Virus record (IMG/VR): IMGVR_UViG_3300015360_000046
Span: 1-61,091 of that record
Origin: a virus
Lineage: Duplodnaviria; Caudoviricetes
Direction: 5' to 3' (one strand)
DNA: 61,091 bases
A program made the translations under genes and the position numbers. Under the pieces are notes generated by a model. That model was not told the DNA's origin, made no database searches, and saw nothing but the letters and a program-made list of their open reading frames with translations. Positions 18,840 through 29,194 of this stretch are shown here, in pieces. The first letter of the stretch is position 1. Each line of letters opens with the position of its first letter.

Positions 18840-20302
18840 TTCTACCGATGTTGTATAGTGATTTTTATAAAGTTGACCACAGACGCCAGTATCCGGATGG
18901 TACTGAATTTGTTTATTCTAATTTGACCGCTCGTGGTAGTCGTATTCCTGGGATTGCTGCCACAGTCGTATTTGGTCTTCAGGCATTCTGTATGGATTAC
19001 TTAATTCGACGTTTCAATGATGGTTTTTTTAAACGTCCTAAAGCTGAAGTGCTAAAACAGTATCAACGCCGCATGGATACTTCCTTAGGGGCTGGGGTTA
19101 TCACGACTGAGCATATTGCTGCACTTCATGATCTTGGCTATCTCCCGATTCGTATAAAAGCATTGCCTGAAGGAACTGTTGTTCCTCTTCGTGTGCCTAT
19201 GCTTACGATTGTGAACACATTGCCTCAATTCTATTGGATCACAAACTTCCTTGAAACAATCCTAAGCAATGCAGTTTGGCACCCAATGACTTCTGCTACT
19301 ATTGCCCATCAATATCGTATTATGTTAGATAAGTATGCTACTGAAACGTCTGATATCCCAGAATTCGTCCAATGGCAAGGTCATGACTTTTCGATGCGTG
19401 GGCAATCAAGCTTTGAGGCGTCGCTTGCTTCTGGTGCCGCTCATCTGTTAAGTTTCACAGGGACAGATACAATCCCAGCTATTGATTGGCTTGAACATTT
19501 TTACTTTGCTGATGCTGAGAAAGAGTTGATTGGCGGGTCGGTCCCAGCCACTGAACATTCTGTCATGTGCTTGGGAGGTAAAGATACAGAAGCTGAGACA
19601 TATCGTCGTCTAATCACAGAGGTTTATCCTGCTGGCATTGTTTCTATCGTGTCTGATACCTGGGATTACTTTGAGGTTCTTAATACCACGATCCGTGGAT
19701 TGAAAGATGTTATTATGGCCCGAGAAGGGAAGGTTGTGATTCGCCCTGATTCTGGCAATCCGACGAAGATCATTTGTGGTGATCTTAACGCTCCGGAAGG
19801 TTCTTTGGAACGTATGGGCACTATTGAAATCTTATGGGATATCTTTGGTGGGACAGTTAACTCCAAAGGATTTAAGCAGCTCGACTCGCACATTGGTGCG
19901 ATCTACGGAGATAGCATTACTCTTGATCGTTGCCAGGCCATTTGTAATGGCTTAGCTGCTAAAGGCTTTGCATCGACCAACATGGTTTATGGGATAGGAT
20001 CCTATACATATCAATACACAACTCGTGATACATTTGGGTTCGCAATCAAAGCAACATATGGTATAATCAATGGGAAATCAGTCGAATTATTTAAACAACC
20101 TAAAACCGACAATGGAGTTAAAAATAGCGCAAAAGGTCTTCTCCGGGTAAACGCGGACTTGACACTTTCTGAGTCTGTTACTGCTGTTGAAGAGCGCGAA
20201 GGATTGCTTGAGACTGTGTTTTTGGATGGCAAGATGATTAAAACATACACATTACAGGAAATTCGTGATCGTTTGTCTAGGACACCACTATTTATAAAAT
20301 AG
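18836..20302 (+). CDS. Nicotinamide phosphoribosyltransferase-like protein (probable Namat of NARP1)
   Basis: DFYK..H..QYP, HDFSMRG, SVPATEHSVM, VSDTWD, IRPDSG, IYGDSIT, SAKG. Confidence 0.9.
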   Translation: MILPMLYSDFYKVDHRRQYPDGTEFVYSNLTARGSRIPGIAATVVFGLQAFCMDYLIRRFNDGFFKRPKAEVLKQYQRRMDTSLGAGVITTEHIAALHDLGYLPIRIKALPEGTVVPLRVPMLTIVNTLPQFYWITNFLETILSNAVWHPMTSATIAHQYRIMLDKYATETSDIPEFVQWQGHDFSMRGQSSFEASLASGAAHLLSFTGTDTIPAIDWLEHFYFADAEKELIGGSVPATEHSVMCLGGKDTEAETYRRLITEVYPAGIVSIVSDTWDYFEVLNTTIRGLKDVIMAREGKVVIRPDSGNPTKIICGDLNAPEGSLERMGTIEILWDIFGGTVNSKGFKQLDSHIGAIYGDSITLDRCQAICNGLAAKGFASTNMVYGIGSYTYQYTTRDTFGFAIKATYGIINGKSVELFKQPKTDNGVKNSAKGLLRVNADLTLSESVTAVEEREGLLETVFLDGKMIKTYTLQEIRDRLSRTPLFIK

Positions 20303-20305
20303 ATA

Positions 20306-20476
20306 ATGAAACCAAATTCTATAGTTAATCATTCTCTTAAGAAGTCGTATCAGAGTAAAGAAGCAGCTGAAAAAATGGTTGCTTACTTATCTACGATTAA
20401 ATCAGTGTATCTTAAAGTATATAAGTGTTATTGTAATCTATGGCACTTAAGCAGCAAGGGGAAAACAAATGATTGA
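20306..20476 (+). CDS. Small phage protein (K..Y.S...A / Y.C..C..WHL type)
   Basis: 56 aa, not in ORF track; YKCYCNLWHLSS. Confidence 0.55.
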   Translation: MKPNSIVNHSLKKSYQSKEAAEKMVAYLSTIKSVYLKVYKCYCNLWHLSSKGKTND

Positions 20477-21860
20477 CCAAGCTTTAGAGAAGAAGTTTCT
20501 AGCTCGTATTGTAAGAGATGCTGATGCAGCATTGATAGCTAGTCAACGGAAGATAACTGAAGAAGTGTTTCAGTGGGCAACCTCTGCGAAACTTTACAGC
20601 ATTGCTGTGTGGTATTCTCAGAACTATGGAACATGCTTATCTACTAATGAGCTTGACAGTCTACTTAAAACATCTAGTAAGCTTTCACCTGAGAGTCAAC
20701 AATCAATTTTCGTCTTATTTAATGAGCTTCAATCTGATCCACTAGATACTGATATCAACTTTTTATACGATGAGATGCTTCGATATCATAAGCAGAATTT
20801 GCTTGAGAAGGCATTGCGGCGTTCTGGAGAGCAATTCTCAGAAAAGAAAATTGATGAATCAATTGCTGATCTTAAGAAAGCTTTAAGTAAGATCGATTCT
20901 AAGTTCCGTACTGAGGTTATTCGAAGTGGGCAGTTGGATGAGTTTGCAGCTGAGATTGAGTGGGAATACGAGGATCGGAAACTTAACCCGTTAAAGTATG
21001 AAGGTCTTAAGATGGGATTCGCTGTAATGGATGAGGTTACTGGTGGATTAGTATCGTCAAGTGTTTCTCTTATTATGGCACCGCCTAAGGGCTTTAAATC
21101 AGCTTTGGCGATGACAATTTGTTACAATGCTGCGAAACGTGGTATCTATTCATATTATCATGCAAATGAAGGTACGTACAAACTATTTTATGGTAGGTTC
21201 GCTGCCATGGAACTTTCTATTCCGTATAAGCATATTAAAGATAACAAGATGACAGCTATGGAAGAATCTCGGTGGAAACAATGGATTCAGAGTGTGAAGG
21301 ATGGTAAGCATCAGATTTTGAAGTACATATACTTTGATGAAGTTCCTCCCGCAGTGAGTACTCCGGAAATTGTTAACGAACGATTGAAGAAGCTTAAAGA
21401 AGAGGGGAAAGAAGTCAAATTAGTTATCATAGATCACTTTGGTAGAATGACAACAAGTACTAAAGAAGCACTCCAAGATTGGCAAATGAAGGGTGTCATT
21501 GCTCAAGCGATTTGTAGCTTAGCTCTCGAGCATCGTGTTCCATTTATCTTACTTACCCATGTTAAGGCTAGTTCGGCTAAAGAGGGACTTGATAAAGAGA
21601 ATAAGGATTTTGATGCATATGATATTGAACGTTCTGGTCAACCATTGAAGGACGTAGATTATGTATTCTCATGGAAGATTGAGAATCAAGAGGAGTTTGA
21701 ACGGAATAGTCATAAAGGGTTTGCACGGTTGGCGTTAGTCTTATCGAGACATTCGGAGACGGGCGTGGCAACATTACAGATCAACGGACCATTTATGCAA
21801 ATTCAGGAGCTCCAATTAGGAGGTACGCAAGTCCAGACTCCTGTAACAACAATTATATGA
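20469..21860 (+). CDS. dnaB: DnaB-like replicative helicase
   Basis: APPKGFKS Walker A, IIDH Walker B, LA.E..VP...L.H, D.DYV, SRH. Confidence 0.8.
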   Translation: MIDQALEKKFLARIVRDADAALIASQRKITEEVFQWATSAKLYSIAVWYSQNYGTCLSTNELDSLLKTSSKLSPESQQSIFVLFNELQSDPLDTDINFLYDEMLRYHKQNLLEKALRRSGEQFSEKKIDESIADLKKALSKIDSKFRTEVIRSGQLDEFAAEIEWEYEDRKLNPLKYEGLKMGFAVMDEVTGGLVSSSVSLIMAPPKGFKSALAMTICYNAAKRGIYSYYHANEGTYKLFYGRFAAMELSIPYKHIKDNKMTAMEESRWKQWIQSVKDGKHQILKYIYFDEVPPAVSTPEIVNERLKKLKEEGKEVKLVIIDHFGRMTTSTKEALQDWQMKGVIAQAICSLALEHRVPFILLTHVKASSAKEGLDKENKDFDAYDIERSGQPLKDVDYVFSWKIENQEEFERNSHKGFARLALVLSRHSETGVATLQINGPFMQIQELQLGGTQVQTPVTTII

Positions 21861-22342
21861 AAAATATTGATGCAATAATAGAGATTAGTGCTGGAACTAG
21901 GAATAAGTATGAATGGGATTCTAAAGAAGGGCGATTTCGGTTTAATCGTACACTTTCAACTTCTGTAAAATATCCAGTAAACTATGGATTTTTTGATAAT
22001 ACGTTAGCTGCCGATGGAGATCCAGCAGATTGTATTATTCCTTCTGTTGAACCTATTGAACAAGGGTGTATTGTGTTGGTAAGACCTATTGGAGTTTTAA
22101 AAATGATTGATGGCGGTGTTGAAGATTTTAAAATCTTATGCGTTCCTACTACTGATTTTCATTGGAATCATGTTTTAAAAATATCTCAAATGCCACCGCA
22201 TTTATTAAAAGAAATTGAACATTTCTTTCAGATTTACAAAGATTTAGAAAAGAAGAAGGTTGTAATAAAAGGTTGGGAAGGACGTAAAAAAGCTTTAGCC
22301 TATTTAAAGAAAGCTCTTAAGAATTATGAAAAAATCAATTAG
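21857..22342 (+). CDS. ppa: Inorganic pyrophosphatase family I
   Basis: NKYE, YP.NYG, DGDPAD, D.K, FF..YK.LE. Confidence 0.95.
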   Translation: MKNIDAIIEISAGTRNKYEWDSKEGRFRFNRTLSTSVKYPVNYGFFDNTLAADGDPADCIIPSVEPIEQGCIVLVRPIGVLKMIDGGVEDFKILCVPTTDFHWNHVLKISQMPPHLLKEIEHFFQIYKDLEKKKVVIKGWEGRKKALAYLKKALKNYEKIN

Positions 22343-22820
22343 AGAGGTAGTTGAATCATATGGTGTGAAGCTTTGGACTATCAGTGACGGTATTCTTCGC
22401 GGTGCTTGTCCAATGCACACAAATGTCAATACCCCATCATTCACGATCTATGAAAAGACTGATTCTTACTTCTGTTTCGGGGAAAGCATCGGTGGAGATG
22501 CAGCAAACTTCCTTGCTAAGATGGAAAATATCTCATATGCGGAAGCTAAGCTTCGGGTGGATGGGGAAGTAAGCCTGGTCGAAGATTTAAATGCGATGCT
22601 TGACTCAGCTAGTGTTATTGACGACGTTGATTATAGGGATCAGCTCAATTTTGCTGTAAGTAAGTATTGCAGAGATTTGATGTATGCTGGTGAATCCGTA
22701 GATAAGATTCTTACTTTTTTGCAAAAAGTTGATAAAAATGTGTTGTCAAAAATTGTAACACACGATATAATAAAAGAGGTACTTGAGAAATCGAGACTAT
22801 TAAGAGGTGATCTGAAATGA
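22326..22820 (+). CDS. Stand-alone primase zinc-binding (CHC2-like) domain protein
   Basis: CP.H....PSF.......YFCFG...GGD..F....E...Y.EA. Confidence 0.75.
   Translation: MKKSIREVVESYGVKLWTISDGILRGACPMHTNVNTPSFTIYEKTDSYFCFGESIGGDAANFLAKMENISYAEAKLRVDGEVSLVEDLNAMLDSASVIDDVDYRDQLNFAVSKYCRDLMYAGESVDKILTFLQKVDKNVLSKIVTHDIIKEVLEKSRLLRGDLK
22743..22771 (+). promoter_or_regulatory. Internal sigma70-type promoter ahead of the recombination genes
   Basis: TTGTCA-17 bp-TATAAT. Confidence 0.5.
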
Positions 22821-23017
22821 AATATAAAATCTCCAAAAGCTATACCACAAGTGTAAAGCTTGATAACGGAAGTTTCTATAGTTTTACAACTAAATTAGAG
22901 ACTGAAGTGGAAATTAACGCAGCGGATCAGCTCATCGCTGAAGCTGATAAACTCTTTGCTCAGGCTAAATGGTTAACAGAACGCGATAAAGAGAGTACAT
23001 TTGGTACAGGAGCATAA
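22817..23017 (+). CDS. Hypothetical protein
   Basis: SD GAGGTG, ATGA overlap. Confidence 0.6.
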   Translation: MKYKISKSYTTSVKLDNGSFYSFTTKLETEVEINAADQLIAEADKLFAQAKWLTERDKESTFGTGA

Positions 23018-23018
23018 C

Positions 23019-23534
23019 ATGGCCTTAACAGAAGAACAAATGGGTGCACAGCTTGACGTTGTTAAAAAGATTCAAGTATTTCTTGATCCAGATCCTGTTG
23101 TTAAAGGCTTGTCTTCATTAAATGATAAGTTGGCTGAGTTGCAACGCGCCAAAGATCAAGTATCCGGACTACTTATGGAAGCCATGAAAAACATGGCAGA
23201 GAATGAAATCCTTAAGGATGTAGTTCAAAACGAACATGATAGGTCCCAGGATCTTCTAATTGCGACTGATGTTACAATTCAAGCACAAAAATCTGCAGAG
23301 CAACGGAGTATACACGCACGCATGAAGATGCCGGAGTTAGTTATGAAACTTCATCATGCCGACATTGCATTACTCAAGGCTAGTTGGTATATGAAGTGTT
23401 TGCAGCTTGTCGCAAGTAACCTTGAAAGCGCAAATTCAAATCTGTCACGTCAAATAACTGTAATTCAAATGGAACAAAACTTACAGAGCAGCGGTGGTCC
23501 AAGTCGTAGCGCAACAAAGACATTAAACTTCTAA
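23019..23534 (+). CDS. Coiled-coil protein, possible recombination mediator
   Basis: All-helical, precedes SSB-like and RecA genes; function from context only. Confidence 0.4.
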   Translation: MALTEEQMGAQLDVVKKIQVFLDPDPVVKGLSSLNDKLAELQRAKDQVSGLLMEAMKNMAENEILKDVVQNEHDRSQDLLIATDVTIQAQKSAEQRSIHARMKMPELVMKLHHADIALLKASWYMKCLQLVASNLESANSNLSRQITVIQMEQNLQSSGGPSRSATKTLNF

Positions 23535-23549
23535 AGGAGATACAACACA

Positions 23550-24149
23550 ATGGGATTATTTAACAAGCCGCAGAAGCAGGACTATCCAGAACTTCCAGAT
23601 AATCTGTACGTTGCAAAGGTAGCACGCATTTCTAATAAGATTGGCAAAACATCAGGTAAACCTTATATCTCGTGGGGATTTGAGATTGCTCAACCTCCGC
23701 ACATTAAACGATGGGTGTGGGGAAATACACAACCTACAGTGAGCGAAAAGAGTCAAACTGGTAAATTCCTCACAGTGTTGGGTATTGATATTGAGACAGT
23801 TGACATGAGTACATTTGACGAACAAACCTTAGTAGGTAAGTATGTTAAGGTTTTGGTTGAAACCAAAGAGGAAGATGACGGTTCAAAATTCCAAAACGTT
23901 ACAAAACTTATGGCTCTCACAGAGGCTGATGTTCAATTGCTTCAGATTTGGTTAACTCAAGTCCAGACAAGTGGCCCGGTTAAAGTTGCAACACAAGCGA
24001 ATCCGACAGCTGCACCAGTTCAACAGCCTGTTTTGGCCGCTGCTCCTGTTTCATTTCCTGCTCAACCAGTGTTGCCACCTACTCCTCAAGTTGTTCAGGC
24101 AGTTGTACAACCTGCGACTCCCGCTAAAAAGAGTGCATTTCCGTTCTAA
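23550..24149 (+). CDS. ssDNA-binding protein (DUF669-like OB fold)
   Basis: LP...Y.A.V, beta-rich core, Pro/Gln linker, terminal FPF. Confidence 0.65.
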   Translation: MGLFNKPQKQDYPELPDNLYVAKVARISNKIGKTSGKPYISWGFEIAQPPHIKRWVWGNTQPTVSEKSQTGKFLTVLGIDIETVDMSTFDEQTLVGKYVKVLVETKEEDDGSKFQNVTKLMALTEADVQLLQIWLTQVQTSGPVKVATQANPTAAPVQQPVLAAAPVSFPAQPVLPPTPQVVQAVVQPATPAKKSAFPF

Positions 24150-24188
24150 TGGTAATATATCCAACACATCGAGTTGAGGAGAAATAAA

Positions 24189-25196
24189 ATGACAGATGTT
24201 AAAGAGTTGAAATCATTTCTAGATAAACTAAGCAAGACGCATGAGACTACAATTGCTCGAATTAAGGATATGGATGATCGTCCTACTATTGAGGTTATTC
24301 CATCTGGGAGTTACTCAATCGATGACGCCCTAGGAGCTGGCGGATTCCCTAGAAGTCGTGTCATTGAAATCTACGGCCCTGAATCGGGTGGTAAAACCAC
24401 GCTTACGCTACTAGCGGCTGCATCATGTCAAAAGACTGGGGGAACTGTGGCTTTCATTGACGTTGAAAACTCCTTGTCGTTAGATTGGGCTGCGCGTCTT
24501 GGGGTAGATGTAGATAGTCTCATATTCACTCAACCAGATGGCGGGGAACAGGCCCTTCGTATAGTCAGAGATATGGTCGAATCTAATTTATTTGACATGA
24601 TTATTGTAGACTCTGTAGCTGCTCTAGTCCCTCAACAAGAAATTGACGGAGAAATTGGAGACCAAACGATGGCGTTACAGGCGCGCATGCTTGGACCAGC
24701 AATTCGTTTACTTGTCAAATCAGCCGCGAAGACAAAAACTGTGTTGATTTTCATCAACCAACTGCGTGAAACCATGGCAATGTATGGGCCAAAAGAAGTT
24801 ACTCCAGGTGGTAAAGCCTTGAAATTCTATTCAAGTGTGCGTTTGGCTGTAAGCAAGGTCAGTGGTTCAGAGATTAAAGCTAAGAAGGGCGATGGTGAAG
24901 ACGCAGCATCTGGGGAAATTCTTGGACATACTGTTAAGGTTAAAGTAGTTAAGAATAAGATTGGACGTCCTATGTGTGAAGCAACATTTGAATTGCGCTT
25001 CCTTAGCGGAATTGACAGATTTAAGGAATTGGTTGATATCGGATTAGCGCGTGAAGTTATTAGTCAAGCTGGAGCAACATTTAGCTTTGGGGCGCTTAAA
25101 GCTGTAGGTCGTGATAAGTTTGAAACAGAACTTCGACCAAATGAAGTCCTTCAGAAAGAAATTTGGACTGCAGTATTGGCTCTGAAAAAGATCTAA
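24189..25196 (+). CDS. recA: RecA recombinase
   Basis: GPESGGKTT, DSVAAL, FINQLR, GGKALKFYSSVR, VVKNK. Confidence 0.97.
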   Translation: MTDVKELKSFLDKLSKTHETTIARIKDMDDRPTIEVIPSGSYSIDDALGAGGFPRSRVIEIYGPESGGKTTLTLLAAASCQKTGGTVAFIDVENSLSLDWAARLGVDVDSLIFTQPDGGEQALRIVRDMVESNLFDMIIVDSVAALVPQQEIDGEIGDQTMALQARMLGPAIRLLVKSAAKTKTVLIFINQLRETMAMYGPKEVTPGGKALKFYSSVRLAVSKVSGSEIKAKKGDGEDAASGEILGHTVKVKVVKNKIGRPMCEATFELRFLSGIDRFKELVDIGLAREVISQAGATFSFGALKAVGRDKFETELRPNEVLQKEIWTAVLALKKI

Positions 25197-25675
25197 TGCC
25201 ACTCCTGTATAAGACTGGTTCACTTTTCGACGCACCTAAGGATTCGGTCTTGGTGCATGCATGTAATGCGCAAGGAGTCTGGGGTTCTGGAATTGCAAAG
25301 GAATTCAAACTACGTTTCCCTAATTCTTATGAACTTTATCATCATGTATGTCTTGATGGGGATGCAGCAGGTGCTGGTATTATTTTACCAAAAGAGAGTG
25401 AATACATGGTTGGCTGTTTACTGACATCACGCAATTATGCTTTGAAACGAGATTCAGTTGAAGAGATTTTAAAGAACACTCGTTCAGCCCTGACACATAT
25501 GCTTGAAATGGCCACTGACGTAAGAGAGATCCATAGCTGTAAGTTTAACGCCGGATTGTTTGCTGTACCTTGGGAAGAAACTGAAAAAGTTTTACTCGAT
25601 GTGGTAAATAAAACAGGGTATAATAAAGACTGGACAATTTGGACTTTACCTGATATAAAGACTAAGGAGATTTAA
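25196..25675 (+). CDS. Macro-domain (ADP-ribose hydrolase, Poa1/TARG-like) protein
   Basis: G.LF, HACNAQG.WGSGIA..F...FP, N.GLF.VPW. Confidence 0.85.
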   Translation: MPLLYKTGSLFDAPKDSVLVHACNAQGVWGSGIAKEFKLRFPNSYELYHHVCLDGDAAGAGIILPKESEYMVGCLLTSRNYALKRDSVEEILKNTRSALTHMLEMATDVREIHSCKFNAGLFAVPWEETEKVLLDVVNKTGYNKDWTIWTLPDIKTKEI

Positions 25676-25676
25676 A

Positions 25677-26987
25677 ATGGCGGATTCAAAATTGTTAAAA
25701 CATGCGATATCTGAGATTGCTCGTATTGCAAGTAAAATAGGCATTGATGCTTGTCAGCTTAATAAGGCTCAGTTTAAAGAATTTTCTAAGATTTCAGAAT
25801 GGGATCTTAGTAAAATTGGTGGATTTCGAACTGTCCAAACCACCTACTTTCCACTGACTGAAAAGAATCTTAAAGATATTGCACTTAACAATCAACGTAA
25901 GTCATATGTTGAAAAACTTGAAAAACAATATGGAACATGGGATGCATTTGCTGAACAACTTACAAATTCTCTGGTAAAGCAACTTGAATCAATGCGTGTT
26001 GAACCTAATATTCTTAATGAAAAAGTAACTAAAGAATATATTAAATCTATTGCTAAGCAAAATCTTCATGATCAATCTCCTAGATCAGTTGTTGTAGCTC
26101 TTACAGATCTTCATTTTGGTACAAATGTTGATGCAGCCGAGTTAGGTGGTAAAAATGAATTTAATTGGAATGTTGGAGCACGTCGCTTTGGATTTATTAT
26201 GGAACAACTTAGTACATATAAGATGGAACTGCGTGAACTGCACTCTGAAGTAGTACTCCTTTTAGGTGGTGATTTGATTGGTGGGATTATTCATAATCAG
26301 GAAGGTAATGACTATGATTACATTACATACCAAGTGAATGGTGCACTTAGTTATTTCGTCCAAGCATTTGAGTATCTTAAAGCTTTCTATCCTAAAGTTC
26401 GTGTCATATGCCAACCTGGCAATCATGGTCGTATGATGCACAAAATGTCCAAGGATCGAGCTTTGTCACAAAAGTATGATAGCTTTGAGAACATTATTTT
26501 TTATTCTCTTGCTACGTATTTTCGAAAAGATCCAAAGGTCGAGATTATTGTTCCTAAAACACCATACGCAGAAGTATCTGTTCAGGGGCATCGTTTATTT
26601 ATGACACATGGTGATGGTGTGTTCGTTACTGGTAATCCAGGCAAAAGTATCAATACAGATAACATCGATAAACAAATTCAACGAGTAAACGCTGAAGAAC
26701 GTAATAAAGACCGTAAGCCTTTCAAGGTGTTCGTCTTTGGGCACGTCCATCAACCAGCTCACTTCTTGGTTTCTAGCGGAGCTCATGTTATAATTAATGG
26801 CAGTATGATTGGTACAGACTCATTTGCACAAGGAGTAGGTGTCATGAGTAATAATCCTGTTCAAGTAGTCTGGGAAATGAATTCTAAATTCCCGGTGGGA
26901 GATTCTCGATGGTTATTTGTTGCCTCTGCTGATAACGACGTTAGGTTAGAACAGATTATTAAGCCATATAATTATGAGCTGCAGTAA
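25677..26987 (+). CDS. Calcineurin-like phosphoesterase/nuclease
   Basis: DLHFG, GGD...G.IH, GNHGR, HGD, GHVH. Confidence 0.85.
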   Translation: MADSKLLKHAISEIARIASKIGIDACQLNKAQFKEFSKISEWDLSKIGGFRTVQTTYFPLTEKNLKDIALNNQRKSYVEKLEKQYGTWDAFAEQLTNSLVKQLESMRVEPNILNEKVTKEYIKSIAKQNLHDQSPRSVVVALTDLHFGTNVDAAELGGKNEFNWNVGARRFGFIMEQLSTYKMELRELHSEVVLLLGGDLIGGIIHNQEGNDYDYITYQVNGALSYFVQAFEYLKAFYPKVRVICQPGNHGRMMHKMSKDRALSQKYDSFENIIFYSLATYFRKDPKVEIIVPKTPYAEVSVQGHRLFMTHGDGVFVTGNPGKSINTDNIDKQIQRVNAEERNKDRKPFKVFVFGHVHQPAHFLVSSGAHVIINGSMIGTDSFAQGVGVMSNNPVQVVWEMNSKFPVGDSRWLFVASADNDVRLEQIIKPYNYELQ

Positions 26988-26996
26988 AGGAGATTT

Positions 26997-28388
26997 ATGA
27001 GCCGATCACGAGATCCCCACCCCAAAGATATGTACGGACAATCGAAGTTTGATGTTATACCGCCACAGCTGCTGAATAGTTTAACAGCCTTAGATTACAT
27101 TGATGTATTAAAAGAGGCCCGCTGGAATAATGACTATAGAAATATGGTTATGATAAAGTATTTGTGTGTCAAATCAATTGATGACATCGTTCATGCAACT
27201 CATAAATGCTCTGTGGCTGCGTCACTTGTTATTCGTACTATTCTACCTAAATTCTTTGAACTTAAGGGTTTTACAATTGATAAGATTGCAGCGGTTGAGA
27301 GCGATGGAGATTACGCTGCAACCTTTAGTTCAATTGAAGTAGCTCCTGGAAAGAATGAAAATAGTCTTAATTATGGAGATTACTTTATTTCAAGTCCTGA
27401 TACACAAATGATGATTCACTTAGAAGATGCATATCCTGATTCTTTTGTTGTGCGTATAAGTGGTTCTAAAACTGCCAACACAAATAAATTCTGCGAAGAT
27501 ATGATTACATACGCTGAAGCTCATAACTTCCTTAAGGGACAAAAAATTGATCCGAATTGTAACTTTATTAAATTAACGCGTAAGTATACATGGGATGATT
27601 TGATCATGTCAGATAAGCTTAAAGAAGAGATTAAGCACAACCTTAAGAATCTCATAGAATACCGTGAGATCTATAAAACAAATGGCCTTCAAGTTAAACG
27701 TGGTCTAATCCTTGCTGGGGAACCAGGAACAGGGAAAACCATGCTTGCCAAGATTCTTTGTAATCAAACAGATTGGACATTCGTATGGGTTACGTCTAAG
27801 AACCTTGAGAATGCCAAACGGGTGGCTCAAATTGTTGAGCTCGCGCGTGATCTTTCTCCATCTATCCTTTTTCTTGAAGATATTGATCTTTTTGGCGGCT
27901 CTCGAGAATCCAATAACAATCCCATGCTACTAGGGGAATTGATGAATCAATTAGATGGGGTTGAAGAGAATACAGATATTATTGTAATTGGGAGTACCAA
28001 TAACAAGGATGTATTGGAAAAAGCTCTAGTTTCCCGGCCAGGTCGATTTGATAAGGTTATTGACTTCCCACTACCTGCGAAGGCTGAACGGCTTACGATG
28101 CTTAAAGCATTCGGAAATGGTCTCTTAGACGAAGTTGAGTTCTTAGATGATATTGCTAAGAATTATACAAAGAAAACTGGGGCGCAGATTCGCGAATTAG
28201 TTAATATGGCGGTGATTTTTGCAATTGACGAAAAATCCTATTCAACTGACAAAAAACTTGTTATAAAAGAAGAGCACTTTAAAAAGGCAATGACGGCAGT
28301 AGCAAATAAAGACTTCAAAGCAGTATCAGGATTCTCAACAGGAGCTTCTAGTTTGCTTGGAAGCAGATTTGCAGACATAGACGATTAA
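26997..28388 (+). CDS. Classical AAA+ ATPase (CDC48/FtsH-like ATPase domain)
   Basis: GEPGTGKT, FLEDID, N.LDG, STN, RPGRFD. Confidence 0.9.
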   Translation: MSRSRDPHPKDMYGQSKFDVIPPQLLNSLTALDYIDVLKEARWNNDYRNMVMIKYLCVKSIDDIVHATHKCSVAASLVIRTILPKFFELKGFTIDKIAAVESDGDYAATFSSIEVAPGKNENSLNYGDYFISSPDTQMMIHLEDAYPDSFVVRISGSKTANTNKFCEDMITYAEAHNFLKGQKIDPNCNFIKLTRKYTWDDLIMSDKLKEEIKHNLKNLIEYREIYKTNGLQVKRGLILAGEPGTGKTMLAKILCNQTDWTFVWVTSKNLENAKRVAQIVELARDLSPSILFLEDIDLFGGSRESNNNPMLLGELMNQLDGVEENTDIIVIGSTNNKDVLEKALVSRPGRFDKVIDFPLPAKAERLTMLKAFGNGLLDEVEFLDDIAKNYTKKTGAQIRELVNMAVIFAIDEKSYSTDKKLVIKEEHFKKAMTAVANKDFKAVSGFSTGASSLLGSRFADIDD

Positions 28389-28398
28389 GGAGACTAAA

Positions 28399-28809
28399 AT
28401 GGCAAAAACAAAGTACCTCGAAGCACCTAATTCAGCAGAAGAGTTGGTGTCTAAAATCATGCAGGTATTCCCTGATAGATTTGCACACATTCAGCGAGCT
28501 GACATTCTATTAGTAGCTAAGGATAGTCCAAAGAGTTCATATAAAGCGCGCACGCGCTTACTTAATGGATTCTATAGGATGCTCACTAAAAAGAAGATCA
28601 TAATTGAGCTTCATAAACAGGCGTGGGAACTAGATAAACCTGTTGATCGTGCCTTGACTGTATATCGTGAGTTGTACAGTCTTGATCTTCGTGAATCTAA
28701 TGGTGAATACAAAATTAATAAACCAGACTTAAATGATTTTACAAAAATCTTAGATAAAACAGGACTTCACGGCGAGACCGCAGAGCAATTCCTTAGTAAA
28801 GCATTGTAA
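28399..28809 (+). CDS. Phage metallopeptidase-like protein with degenerate active site
   Basis: F.H....I, II......W..., I..PD...F layout; RELYS where HELxH is expected. Confidence 0.45.
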   Translation: MAKTKYLEAPNSAEELVSKIMQVFPDRFAHIQRADILLVAKDSPKSSYKARTRLLNGFYRMLTKKKIIIELHKQAWELDKPVDRALTVYRELYSLDLRESNGEYKINKPDLNDFTKILDKTGLHGETAEQFLSKAL

Positions 28810-28810
28810 C

Positions 28811-29158
28811 ATGATTAAGCAGGTCTTAATTATTCGAAAAGACTTGCACATGAGACAAGGAAAAGCTATAGTGCAAGGTGCCCATGCTGCACTTGGTGCA
28901 GCATGGGAAATAGCTGATAATACAAATTGGCATACTGAATGGGTAAACACAGGTACTACTAAAATCTGTGTTTACGTAGAAAGTTTAGTAGCACTTCAAA
29001 CTCTATATGATGCCGCGATAAAAAATGCGCTTCCGTGTTATTTAGTTACAGACGCTGGTAGAACAGAATTTAAAGAACCTACAATAACTTGTCTTGCTAT
29101 TGGACCAGCTCCCGCAGACCAGATTGATATTTTAACTAAGGCTTTACCTCTATTGTGA
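28811..29158 (+). CDS. pth2: Peptidyl-tRNA hydrolase type 2
   Basis: KQV..IR.DL.M..GK...Q..HA, KI, DAGRTE, IGP...ID..T..L.LL. Confidence 0.92.
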   Translation: MIKQVLIIRKDLHMRQGKAIVQGAHAALGAAWEIADNTNWHTEWVNTGTTKICVYVESLVALQTLYDAAIKNALPCYLVTDAGRTEFKEPTITCLAIGPAPADQIDILTKALPLL

Positions 29159-29194
29159 ATTTAAATCGCGGATTGTTAGGGGATATAAACAGTT

